Source of the DNA: Takakia lepidozioides
Taxonomy: Eukaryota; Plantae; Bryophyta
Assembly (NCBI GenBank): GCA_030704615.1
Contig: CM060732.1
Location: forward strand, 45,074,001 to 45,138,000
Length of the DNA: 64,000 nt
Direction of reading: 5' to 3'
Part shown: in pieces, positions 1 to 11,527 of the stretch
Layout of the letters: every line of letters begins with the position of its first letter
Position numbering within the stretch: the first letter of the stretch is position 1
Program-made: the position numbers and the translations under genes
Notes under the pieces: model-generated
Database searches by the model: none
What the model saw: the letters and a program-made list of their open reading frames with translations, nothing else
Told to the model about the DNA's origin: nothing

Positions 1-440
1 TTTTCCCCTTTTCCAGAGGTCCTAGGCTTGCACACGCATTGCAAACACAAACAAACGTGATGTGGTTGGGCTTCACCCCTTCGCGCAGCATTTGCTCATA
101 GGTCTCCAAAGCATTCCTACCACACCCATGCTTGGTAAATCCTGCCAACATTATATTCCACGTGATCAAAGATCATTGAGACATTCTGTTGAAAACTTCA
201 TGAGCATGCATGCATGATGCTCCTGCACTTAACATACATGTTTGCTCCTGCACCCACATTTTGCATATATGTCCACCAGGGTATTGTTCAAAATGACATT
301 TGGTACAATTCCAGCCCTGATGATGTCGCCATGGACCTCTTTGCAAGCCCTTTTCCAGAGCTGCCATGGCTGTGTTCAGAATGACATTTGGTACAATTCC
401 AGCTTTGATGGTGTCACCATTCACCTCTTTGTTTGGTGAA
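1..440 (-). pseudogene. PLS-class pentatricopeptide repeat (PPR) gene fragment, degraded
   Basis: Manual minus-strand translation gives KEVHGDIIRAGIVPNVILNNTLVDIYAKCG and AHEVFNRMSQ*SLITWNIMLAGFTKHGCGRNALETYEQMLREGVKPNHITFVCVCNACASLGPLEKGK, typical plant PPR motifs. It has an in-frame TGA, frameshifts and a short internal duplication (about 283-345 and 371-432). It runs off the window start. Confidence 0.85.
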
Positions 441-614
441 GAAGAATGCATTGGCATGGACAACATTTACAGTTCAACACGGTTTGAGCTCCAACCAGAG
501 ATATTCATGGGAGAGGGTGACAAAAGCGAGGAAGAAACCAAAACACAAAGCCTTGACGCATTCACTGAAGACTGGGCAGACAAACAGATAAGAGAAGACA
601 GCTCGCAAGAAACG

Positions 615-1436
615 GATAAGAGGGAAAAATAGGGTGAAATGTGCTGAAGGAGGTGCCATCAGTAGAAGTGCCTGACCTTATCAATTGTGCCGCTGCTGCT
701 GCCGCTTCCAGTTGACCATCTACCCATGTAGGTTTCTTGTAGCTATCCTTCCACAGGGAATCATAGGTAATGTGGAGCTTGAAATCCAACCCTCTTGGAT
801 GAATCTGGACCCACACTCTATCCCTGCTCCTTCAGCTATCCATGCCTCTGACAGCCTAGAATTCTACCAGCAAACACCCCAACCCTACTTATCACAATCT
901 GAAATGCATCTGCTTCTCTCTGTAGTCCAACAGGCATTCGCCTTTCTGTCTCCATTGTCCCACCATTGACTGGGGTCGGAAAGTGTTCACCCCAAAGCTT
1001 CTCCTCACCTCTATTATATGTTTTTGGATACTTCCCTGTTGCCACACTGGCAGTAACTTGCCAAAGACACTCCAAACCACCACAGATCTACCCAACGACC
1101 TAACTTACAGAATTCAATATGCATCTTGCGGCCGAGTCTGATGAGAGGGCAACACAGGCTGAAATAGGTTGAAGAAGAAGATGTATGCATGATTTTGTGC
1201 AGGGGCATGGATAGCTGAAGGAGCAGGGATAGATGTGTGGGTCCAGATTCATCCAAGAGGGCCGGATTTCAAGCTCCATATTACTTATGATTCCCTGTGG
1301 AAGGATAGGTACAAGAAACCTGCATGGGTAGATGGTCAACTGGAAGCCACAGCAGGAGCGACACAATTGATCAAATCAGGCACTGTTAATCAAGGCACCT
1401 TCTTCAACACATTTCACCCTGTTTTTCCCTCTTATC
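615..1436. repeat. Imperfect inverted duplication, arms of about 235 bp (615-850 and 1200-1436) with a spacer of about 350 bp
   Basis: The same peptide (WVQIHPRG.DFKLHITYDSLWKD.YKKP.WVDGQLEA) appears in ORF 562..816(-) and ORF 1235..1465(+), and the nucleotide arms align as reverse complements. Confidence 0.9.
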
Positions 1437-1949
1437 AAATCGGCCGTAAGTATTGCACTGTTTAACATGGTCCTTGATTCTAGTAGCACCAGAACAAACT
1501 AGTATTACGACAATTCAGCCCATGTGTGGGCTTGCTTATTTTTTGCTTACTGGACCTTTTCAGGCATGGATTTTTGGACCTTGTGGCCTTTGAGGTGTCC
1601 ATTGGGACATTGGTCTCATTTGGATTTTTGTAATATAATTTACACAACGTGTATTCCCCTGTACTTGTCTATTTTGAATGTCCTTGTGGTTGCTAGTATG
1701 CAAGAGGGGTCCATTCTGTTTTTATATTAGAATTTCATCATGTAATGAAGAATTTAAATCATTTAATCTATTTTTATTTTGTATAACATTATTAAATTAA
1801 ACAATAATACCACTAAAAAATTTCCAAGCTGCTATCCTCTGTTTTCAAAAATAAAATATAAATTTAAGAATTTAAAATTACAAATATAACTATTAAATTA
1901 TTTTCAGAGACATTCTTGATGACACGTGGCATAAACCCTGCCATATATG

Positions 1950-2311
1950 CTAGTCATATATTATGTCTAAGTGTGACATGTCACATCTGAAGTGCAACAG
2001 GTGTCGTGACGTGTCGCTTGCGCAGTGGTGCACGTGTTCCTCTAAAGCCTCTCCATGTAGGCAACGCTCATCAGACAATGTAGTCATATAGTTAGTCGTA
2101 TGTAAGTCACAGAGTTGTAACTACATCACTCTCTTATGCATGACTCCAGGTGCCACGCACGCAGTCACGGCTATGACTTGCAAAATGCAGTCCTAAAGAC
2201 TAGTCGCTATGACAGGGCTTTTTCCACTACAGAGTGATGTAGTCATGAACGCATATATGACTGAAAAAATAGTCATATGTGCAGTCATAAAAACGCTCAT
2301 TTGTTGTAGTG
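1950..2311. mobile_element. Right terminus of a CACTA (En/Spm) DNA transposon
   Basis: Ends in CATTTGTTGTAGTG (reverse complement CACTACAACAAATG) at 2298-2311. It is preceded by many direct and inverted AGTCAT/ATGACT subterminal motifs. The left end was not found in the window. Confidence 0.7.
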
Positions 2312-2734
2312 TGATAAGTTCAGGCTAGTAACGGAATCTGCTCTTGATTGGTATGAGAATATGGGCAGTGATCTTTGTAATGGCATGCCTAGTGCGACAA
2401 CCACTCTCAATTATACCACGAGTACCTTTGCCCATTGGATTTTGGTGAAGATACACTACGAAAAAGTTTAGCCTTAAAGGAACCTATAGGTAAATGCCAT
2501 AGTGGTCGAAGAGAGACCACTCTTTTTCCTTATGATGGCGTAAAAGCGATCATAATTCAAACACGATATCGGCATTTTACTTATTTGAATCGAACTATGG
2601 GAGAAAATCAACAGGGCTATCACTTTTTTTGGCAAGATATTCCAACATTTCCACAATGCTCTGAATGGTTTTTCCATCATTCAATTCGATTGAACAAATC
2701 GAATGAGGAGAGAAGGCCATAGGAGAAAGCATTT

Positions 2735-4117
2735 TGTTAGACAATGGAGAATCTAGTACTTTGGATGTCACTAGGTTAACCCCCCTCCGCCCGGGCCCTT
2801 TTAGTGTAGATACTACAGAGCCAAACGTCTTCCTTGTGTGATATCCGCGGTCCTATGGACGTGGCTGGATCTGCAATGCACGATCTAGGGAGTACCACGG
2901 AGTTTAACTATCACTGTGAGATCTGATCAAATGGTATGGCGGTGGCAGGGCGGTGGCATGCCCGCCAACTCTTCTCTTCACAATGCCCTCGTATAGCAAC
3001 AGGAACACCTCACACACATACTCTCGCTAGATGAAATCATAGTTTTCACAAGGTTTCATCCTAAATCACAATGCCTCTGTAGTGGCATCGCATCTTTTAC
3101 TTATACTCACAAATGATACCTTTATACATTTAAATGTCCCTGTCAGGGAGGTTTGCCACAAGTGGCCCCATTTTGATGTCATTGTCTCCTAATTCATTCT
3201 GTCCGCCATTAAATCTGTACATGGATGATCTAGCACATTACATATATAGAGGCCCTCCCCCCTTTGACCTAAAAGGAGCTCATGCGAGTCAAAGCAACTC
3301 AATCAAGAACAATTGATAACCGCGAGTTTTATTTTCCCGAGCTGCAAGTTGCCAAGGACTTCTAACCCCGTCGTGTTTGCGGTCCCATATGCTATTAAGA
3401 CTTACTTATACTAAGGTGGTTGTGATAGAAGGTGCAGAGCAAGTCTTACGTTTTCTAGGCACAAGAGGTACAAACTTCACAGTGCATCCTTGCAATCTTG
3501 AAGAATCAAATTCAAGCTTATAATGGACAAGAATATCACTACCAGGAATAGCGTAAGAGGGGGCTATGACAGTAGAAGACTGAGATTCCAGCTTGAACTT
3601 CCGCCCTTGAACTTCATGGACCACCAAGAACGGTCCCTTGTATTTGGGTCGAAACTTGTCCTCAACGTCCTGCTTATTCTAATGGCGTCAGGCCACCAAT
3701 ATATCTCCTATAGTGGACACAACACTGTAAGTAATGCATTTGTCGTAGTTCTCAGCCGGTGTTTCCTGTGCAATAGCCACGTTATAGCGTGCCAGCTCGT
3801 CGTCAATGACTTGATGACCCCTGCGGAGTTTGACCATGTGATTAGTAAGATCTTGTGGAAGCTCAACAATGACTTGTAAGGGCGTAGGGTGCAGTGGTGT
3901 AATGCAAGTACGATTGTAAACAAGTTCCAAAGGGGTGAAGCCGGTACTAGCCTGAACACTAATTATATATGCAAACAAGACAATATTAAGCACTTTGTCC
4001 TAACAAGCATCATCCTCTGCATTTTTGGTTAAGAGAGCACATAACATTTTGTTGAACCTTTCTGTCAGCCCATTACATTGAGGGTGATAGGGGTGAAGCA
4101 GATTGTTTCATACCCAT
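2735..4117 (-). mobile_element. Ty3/gypsy element A: 3' LTR (2735-3242), PPT and integrase C-terminal remnant
   Basis: The LTR is bounded by TG...CA, with a minus-strand polypurine tract AAAGGGGGGAGGG next to it. The minus strand reads YHPQCNGLTERFNKMLCALL...VLFAYIISVQASTGFTPLELVY (integrase core end) and KFRPKYKGPFLV (GPY/F motif), with stops. It is cut at 4117 by the next element. Confidence 0.85.
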
Positions 4118-4254
4118 TGTTAGAGGGCTGTCTAGGACTTAGACAGTTTTACGGGTTCTGTGGGGTACCCTTAATTTTGCGCAGACTTACGGATGGTAGA
4201 CTCAGACCAATACAGACCTTAGGGGTGACAGACACATGCCTTAGGGGTGGTAGA

Positions 4255-4560
4255 CAGGCTTACACAGTCAGTCACATCCTTACACAGCTTATCACAACCT
4301 AACACAGTTTGACACAGCCTTACACAGTTTGTCACAGCCTAATACAGTCTGACACAGCCTAACACAGTCTGACACAGCCTTACACAGTCTTATATAGCCT
4401 TACACAGCCTATTACAGTCTATCACAGTTTATCACAGCCCGACACAGCCTCACACAGCCTCACACAGCCAATCATAGCCGGCACAGTCACAGCCCGGCAC
4501 AGCTTCACACAGCCAGTTACAGCCCGTCACAGTTTGGTACAGCCGTCACAGCGTTCACAG
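4255..4560 (+). repeat. Degenerate minisatellite with a 9-10 bp unit (ACACAGCCT / ACACAGTCT)
   Basis: Directly visible tandem array near the 5' end of element B. Confidence 0.9.
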
Positions 4561-5283
4561 GGAACGATTATCATTGGCAGGGAATGAATATGTGGGAACG
4601 ACATCTGCAGAGGGAACGGGTGATCTGTCTTGGATGACAATTAATTAGTTAGGCGGTTAGAACAACTTGCAGGTAGAATAGGCAGAGTAGCGACATGGAG
4701 GGGGTCACTTCTTGCATCACAGCTTGGACATCATGGGAGGAGATCAAGCGGAGAGCACGATCATGGAGCACATGGATAGTGATTACACAGAGGAGGAGAT
4801 GATGCTTGATACATGCAAGCTGTAGAGTTGTACTATAGAATAGATTAGAGACACCATGGCTACGGCCTGATACTTGATAGATATTAATCTGATACATATT
4901 TCATACTCACACTGTGTAGAGAGACCAGAGTGAAGCTGTGGAATGAATGGTTGAGTAGATGGAATATGGTAGATTGCAGAAGCAATCAAATACTCAAACA
5001 TAGACAGTAAGGTAACTTGCTAACATGAACGCAAGAAGGAATACAAATAGGAAGCACCCCCATGATACACTAGTTGTAGGTCATGACTGATTGTTCTGAG
5101 CGGGTTGAGTGCTTAGAGATTTCCAACTCTTCTATGTTGGAGTTTCCACCTCGGATAGCTAAGGGATGGGTGAGTAAAAGCCGCTCGACATTTGGCGACC
5201 ATACTGGGGAACTGAGTCAAGAACAACCAGATGTGACAAGCATCTAGTGGGATTATGGTGGATGGAGAATTAAAGAATTTGAT

Positions 5284-5778
5284 GTGAATCAAATTCCCTG
5301 TGGAACTGAGAAGGAAAGATTGTCCAAACAATTCTTTCAGAGGTTCTTGGAATTGCCAGACAGTTGCAAGGAAAACATTCTTAAGAGAGTGCATGATGCT
5401 GATCCAGAGTGGGGTCTGGAGAAAGGAGTGATAAAGATTTATCAAGTGGCCTGTAGAGGGAGACCAAGTTGGTTGCCAACACTGGTTTATGTGATAGCAT
5501 TGTTATCCATTAAACGAGTGGAGTTTGAAAGCTGGGAGGAATGGAAGGTGAATGTTTACACTCACATGCATGAAGAACTTGAACTGGTAAAGAATTGGAT
5601 TCCTAAGGATATCTCGTGTATCAAACTTACACCAAGAACAGCCTTTCAGACGTGCTTGCCATATGGTTATATGGTAACGGAGCCTTCTAGTATAGCCAAG
5701 GGTGCATTGAAGCTTGAAAGAAATCTAGGCATATACGAGAGATACTACAGAAGAGAGTTTTGGTTATTGCTTCATTAA
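5284..5778 (+). CDS. Hypothetical ORF in the leader of element B
   Basis: Open 164-codon frame with protein-like composition. No family recognised and the start is non-ATG. Confidence 0.3.
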   Translation: MNQIPCGTEKERLSKQFFQRFLELPDSCKENILKRVHDADPEWGLEKGVIKIYQVACRGRPSWLPTLVYVIALLSIKRVEFESWEEWKVNVYTHMHEELELVKNWIPKDISCIKLTPRTAFQTCLPYGYMVTEPSSIAKGALKLERNLGIYERYYRREFWLLLH

Positions 5779-6289
5779 AGATATGAAAGACATGGGACAT
5801 GAGTGATGAAAGGGAAGCTAGACTCCACAGATATTCAGCAAAAAGAGAATCGGCCAACACCCCACACCACCTCCTTGTTCCTGCTTGCTCGCGCAGGCTT
5901 GGCCATCGCTGCCCTCGTCTGCGTCCGCCTTGCCTCTCTCCCTGGACGATGGCGAACATGAAGCCCCGTGAGAGCAAAGACCCGGAGTCAGCATAGTCGG
6001 GGAACGGCCTCGGGAACCCGTAGATAACCTGGGAACAGGTTGTAATGGCGAGAACGTTTGGGTGTTAAAAAAAATAAAAAAATAAAAAAATCTTTTGATC
6101 TAATTTAAAGGATTTAGAGCCTAATTGGTCATATCTTTGTCAAATGGACTCTGTTTGACCCAGTTTTTGGCGGGATAGTTGCAGAAAGGGGATATCTACC
6201 TATCTAGATCTGGTTTTTGTTTTTGGGACTCTGCTAAAAATCTATGGAATTTTTAAAGTGTGAGTGTGCTATGAAAGGTCCACAATTCT

Positions 6290-7096
6290 GTGTTCAGAAC
6301 TTGTTCTAGTCTATATGAGAGACAAATCTGTGGATGTCCTCTTTGTATGGCTGGGGGAAATGAGGACGTAATTGAAGGGCAGGTCTCGTCTCTTAGCCTG
6401 TGCACACAAGGGGACAAGATTTATGTTTCCCAAGGGACTCAGACTGATTTGAGTGGAGAACAGTTGGACGAGTTGATTGCATACTGGGAGTCAGGCACTA
6501 GCAGTAGACAACAGTCTGCTGTAGTTGGCGTTGAGGGCCTCAATATCGCTTTGGATAGTCAGAACTCTGTTGGAGCCAGCAGTTCTGCAGCTGTAGGTGA
6601 AATACCAAAGTGGGTGAAAGCTAGGCTTGGAACATAGCCAAAGACAGCCCCGGGAACCAAGGTGTTCAGCCACAAGGCCGTGGTGTACTGGAGCAGAGGA
6701 GCAGGAGCTGCACAAGTTTGTGCAATCAGACATGGTTGCAGCCGGACACACTCTGCACAAGGCAACCACGAGCGGGGGTTCATTAACAATGACATGTTTG
6801 TCCTGCGTGAAGGAGATGCAGTCATTCGCAATGAGGACACCCGCAACCGTCTCAAAGCTTTCGAGTTGAGAGACTATCAGACCCTACCCTTGTTTTCTTT
6901 AGTGTTTAGTGAGCGGGAGATAGAGAAGTATTGTTTTGTCTCTACCTGGCAGAAAGAGGAGGAGGGTTGGTTAGAGCGAGCTACTGTAGCTTGGGATAAG
7001 GTTAGTGGTAGGTTTCTGGACATAGATATACCTCCTACACCTTACCATCATGCAGAGCGAGGCACTTTGAGAGAAGTCTGGCAGTTGATAGCATAG
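6290..7096 (+). pseudogene. Accessory ORF of element B (about 268 codons) with one premature stop
   Basis: ORFs 6290..6637 and 6662..7096 are in the same frame and separated by a single TAG at 6635-6637, probably from CAG. There is an N-terminal Cys cluster (C...CGCPLC). Function unknown. Confidence 0.5.
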
Positions 7097-7616
7097 ATCA
7101 TGACTAGATCTTGCTTGGTCGGGCTTCTATTCTTCCCCTCCATCTCTGTATTATTTTCACTACCTTGTACTTGTAGTTGCCAAAGCCTCTCTTGGTGGAG
7201 GCCAGTCAGTCCGGGATTTTGGGCTGGGCTATTCTGCAGGATCAGCATTGCAGTTGGATTTTGGTGTGGGGGTGTTGATGTTTTGATTTCTTGTGTTTGG
7301 ATCCCCCCCAACACCTGCATGCTTGACTGTGCGCCATGTTGGTTTTGTGTGGGCGCTTTGCTTTCATAGGGATTAGGCCGGATTTGATCACCGGTCAATC
7401 CTAGAGTATGCTGTCGGTGGTGAGGCTGGAGTGATGACCAGCAAGACCACCAATGTTTCTTCTATGGTGAGGCTGGGTTGATGACCAGCCAACCATAGGA
7501 GTTCTTGCGGTGGATGCAGGTGCAGGTGCCCTGAGCCATTGGGATATGACCCTTAAACTGCAACAGGTGCCCACCCGTGTCACTATTAGATTAGTACTAG
7601 AGCCTTATAGTGTCAC

Positions 7617-9866
7617 GTGGAGGAGGTGCACATTGTGAGTGTCATCACGGAGTTACCCAAGGGTTTTGAGGGGAGTACGGCTACAGGTAGTAACAGTGAG
7701 AGTGGGTTCACAAGACGAGGTATTCGGTTCAGACCACCTTCACCGCCACCCTCAACTACTGAAGAGTCTGACACAGACCCGGAGGTTTCATCAACCAGTG
7801 TGCAGTTTTCTTCGCCATTGTTGTGGGACGACATGGAGGAGATGTATGGAGCTACCAAGGGGCCTTGTAGGTACTCTGGAGCTGTGGGCACAATCGAGCT
7901 GGATGACTTTATCCAGGAGTTCGACAGTTGGTGTGATTTGCAGCAGATGCGCAATCCACAGCTGTTCACCCCATTCATGGCGTGGAAGGGATTGTTCCAG
8001 CATTTGGAAGGCCCGCCTATGGACGATTACCACGAGTTCAGGCGAGGACATGAAGCAGAAATTGAAGAGTGGAGGATGTATTGGTCACCTGACTACGTCT
8101 CCATTACTCGGGGAACAACACGACCAGTAGCGACATCAACACCAATACCTCCCACGGCTAGCACTAGTAGTGGAACCAGTGGTGCCAGTACTTCTGCAGA
8201 AGGTGCTACTACTCATCCTCCCACGACTACAACATATGTGCCTAGATTCAGCCCGGTGGTGGAGTTCTTCCAGGAGTTGCGGAGGAACTACCAAGGTGTA
8301 CGGACTGAGAAGCTGCGGAGTTTGCAGGACTTCCAACGCAAACCCAGTGAGAGCCTGCGAGAGGCGTACACTCGTATGAGGCGCTTGATAAGTGTGACCC
8401 AAGGGGTTACTGAAGCTCAGGCAATCCAGTTTTGGTATGGAATTCTGGATAAGGAGCTCAAGAGAAGGGTGCGAGATGCAACCCTGTTACAAGCAGCCCA
8501 ACCCACATTAGCAGATGTGTTTTTGCTGGCTGAACGGATTGAGCTCAACATGGTGGAGGAGCGAGTTGTTACCATTGGATTTGGCAAGGACATGCCTGCA
8601 CGAGGCGCAGCTGCCAGCCCACAGGCACAAGGTACTGCCCAGCAGCGTGGTCAGGGGGGCAAGGTTTCCCAGCCCAAGTTCCATGGAGCTTATAGGGGAC
8701 CTCAGGTGCAGAAACCCGTGGCATCTTTTGCAGGCCAACAGCAACCAGGGGTGATATGTTGGACATGTGGAGGACCCCATGTCAAAAAAGATTGCCCAGA
8801 GAGTGGCAGAAGGCCGGCACAAGCACAGCCTGCACAGTTGCAGTGTGGGCATTGTGGCAAGTATGGGCATGGAGATGCCCAGTGTTATGACTTGCATCCT
8901 GAGTTGCGCCCAGGCCAGTTCCAAGGGAACAATGGTGGCCGGGGGCGAGGTGGACCAGCCCAGAGAGGATGAGGTGGTCGGGCACGAGGTGCAGGCCAAG
9001 GGCAAGCTCAACATGGCCAAGGACGCGGTGGTGAGGGTGTTGACCAAGGCATGGCCAACCGGCTTCAGCAGCTAGAGCAGAGGCTCGCTGCCATGGCTAT
9101 AGCTCAGGCGGTACCGGCTCCCAGGCGGGATGGTCCACCTCCTGCTCCTGAAGGAGGAGATATGGGACGCATGGGATTCATGTGTGGAGCAGCGCTACCA
9201 CTAGAGCAGGTGGAGTCTACTGCAGCCGTGACTCGAGGAGCATCACGAGTTCCTGAGCCACGAGGTGCAGAGGTGGAATGGGATCCACAGCGTGGGGAGG
9301 CAAGCCGTCAGGCGAGGCTTCCTCAGTCATTCACATTGGCGGAGACTGTGTCGACGCTATCCATGGCACCCAGTTCTCGCCCGACTGTTACCGAGGCGGA
9401 GGTTACTATACCATTGGGGAGAGCTACACGTGCAGCATTGACTCCTGCTGCCAAGGCTAGTGCGGCCGGTGTGTTATTGGGGGCAGCCACCTCTGTGTGT
9501 CAGGCCCCACTGTTCTCGGCAACAATGATTGCGACGCCAGGGGTGAGACCAGCTGCAGTGTTCAGACTAGCAGCAACACTCTGTGAGAGTGGGGAGGTCA
9601 CTTCATCTTCTACGGAGTTAGTGGAAGGTGTAGTGGCAGAAGGATCCTCGGATTTGAGGGTCAAGACTGCCACGGCTGCGCCATGGCAAGCTGCAGCTGC
9701 CAGGTTGACAGAGCTGCCAGCTAGGCCAGCCTTTGAGCGCACCATGGTGACACCTGGAGTTGTCTTGTTAGACAACCAGGGAGGCATTTTCACTTTGAGT
9801 GGACCGGCAGGCAAGAAGTACCGGCCACTGCGGGTCTTGTTGGACTCGGGAGCTCAGCCACTGATG
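7617..9866 (+). pseudogene. gag: Gag plus start of aspartic protease of element B
   Basis: ORFs 7617..8972 and 9051.. share one frame, split only by TGA at 8970-8972 inside a Gly/Arg run (GGA-TGA-GGT, likely CGA). It shows a retrotransposon gag-like FQRKPSESLREAYTRMRRL, zinc knuckles CWTCGGPHVKKDC and CGHCGKYGHGDAQC, and the protease active site LLDSGAQP. The sequence switches abruptly after QPLM. Confidence 0.9.
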
Positions 9867-11527
9867 GATCTCTTGACCCTTCAGTGCTCCCAAGTCCTTC
9901 AAACTGAAGGCAAAGCAATTCCTATAAGCCCTCAGGAACCGCCGTATACGTCGTCTCTCTCCTCCGGTGACAATGGGTCCAATGTCAGGCTCCCAATTGT
10001 CCTCCGTAACTGCAACCTTAAGTCCAGTGGGCTTAGAGGTAGAGGACGCATCCCGTGGTTGCTATGCTGCAACCTCTTGAGCAGTACTCCCTTCCTGCTC
10101 AGTCAATGACAAGTCATCATGCCCCATCATCTCATCATTGAGAACCTCCTCAATCCGAGAAGAATCCCCAACCTCATCCATCACAGCTGTCTTGGCTGCC
10201 AACTCCCTCTGGACCTCGAGCACCTCCCACGTGTGCCATGGATGTCTACACCCCGTGGTCCTCACCGGCTCGCCCCCACTCGCTGCCTGTACCGTCTCGG
10301 TAGGCAGAGAGACCGTCAAGGTAAGTGCACTCCGCACTCTACGTTGCTCAGCCATAGCCAAGCTGATAATCCAGGTCAAGCAATTGAGATCCATTGCTTG
10401 CCCCAACACTTGACGCAGTGATGCCTCAGAAAGAGAAGGCACCGCCGTGGTCCCAGTGGAAAACCCCATAGCCCGCTCTCGCTCGTCGGCATTAGGCTCC
10501 ACTAACTGCTGCAACTGAGCATCCCACAGGAGGCCAGGTCCACCATCCCGAAAAGCATGGGATCCTGGGAAGCTGAGCAGTGTAGGTAATGCTGCTCGTG
10601 GTTGACCCACCCTGTTGATCACTGCCAAAGGCGAACGGTCATCATGTCTCACACGTTGAGACTGCCTCCCTGTGTCCAAAATGCTGTTCACTATGAGGTG
10701 TGTTGGCCGCTCCACCCCATCAAATGCATGCTTGAGCAGTGCGGGTGGCATCAAGTTAGTCCACCATAGCCGTGGACGATGAGCCCGTGATCCCACTGCA
10801 GCTGCATCCAGCAGCACTGCTGACCCAAGCCACGACCGGACTTGATGCATACTGGCCATCACCCTGGCCCGAGAATCGCCCATCGGTGGCACATTCTCCA
10901 AGATGCATGCTGGCGATACAGCTTGATGAAGCTGCAAGTGGCGCAAAATCCGCACCATCTCCCAAAACAGACCCGTCCTCGAGTCTCGCAATCCATTGTC
11001 ATGCCCGGCTGATGAATGCCCTTGGCAGGGCCAACCTGCCACTACCAGATCAATGGAGCCAACCTGCTCCAAATCCAGGGTCTCCAACAACGAAATGTCT
11101 GTTGGCAAGGCTTGTTGGTATCCACGAACTGCAGACACTGGCAACAAAACAGGGTACTGCTGTACCAACTGAGCAACATGGCGCAGTGAGACGCGTCGTG
11201 CAGTCTCATCCCTCTCCACATACAGGTAACGCCTTACCCGTACACCTGCCTGTAGCACAGCAGCCAATCCGGTGCTGATCCCGCCAAACAAGTCCAGAAG
11301 GCAAATGCCTTCATCCGGATACTGCCACACAATAGGTGTGGTATTCAATGGTGACAACTGAGGTGGTCCGGGTGCAATACCCGCACTCTCCTCCTCTCCT
11401 GACGGTACAAAAGCCTCTACCCAGGCTTGTTGCACCCGTCGATCAGCAACCTGCTGCAAATCCTTGCTCGTACCCCACAATGGAGTGTGAGCAACCATGG
11501 CAGGCAACTCCGCCATACCATGCAAGG
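9864..11527 (-). CDS. DNMT3-like C5 DNA cytosine methyltransferase domain embedded in retrotransposon Pol (N-terminally truncated, in frame with the pre-RT region)
   Basis: Motifs occur in canonical order: I LLDLFGGISTG, II YVERD, III PTDI, IV DLVVAGWPCQGHS (catalytic Cys), VI ILENV, VIII RAHRPRLWWTN, IX ERERAMGF..GTT, X RQVLGQAMD. Beyond the TAG at 10062-10064 the frame continues as IGPIVTGGERRRIRRFLRAYRNCFAFSLKDLGALKGQEIH, a gypsy pre-RT signature. Confidence 0.92.

Larger units (their letters stand above)
4118..11527 (+). mobile_element. Ty3/gypsy-type element B carrying a cytosine methyltransferase, rearranged and truncated
   Basis: Starts with TGTTAG exactly where the element A integrase is interrupted. 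It has a leader of about 3.5 kb, a degenerate PBS-like TAGTACTAGAGCC (7592-7604; compare TGGTATCAGAGCC), gag, a protease motif, and then an inverted DNMT/RT-start segment. Confidence 0.75.

Noticed and set aside
173-466. SWIM-like zinc finger (CTKC...ICK)
   Set aside because: It is an off-frame reading of the PPR pseudogene.
2312-2734. Second copy of the Cys-rich transposon fragment at 14.1-14.5 kb
   Set aside because: The resemblance (DFLP...IVFEL) is weak and broken by many stops, so it cannot be supported by eye.
9867-10109. C-terminal part of ORF 9051..10109 as real protease sequence
   Set aside because: It is the antisense strand of the inverted Pol segment.
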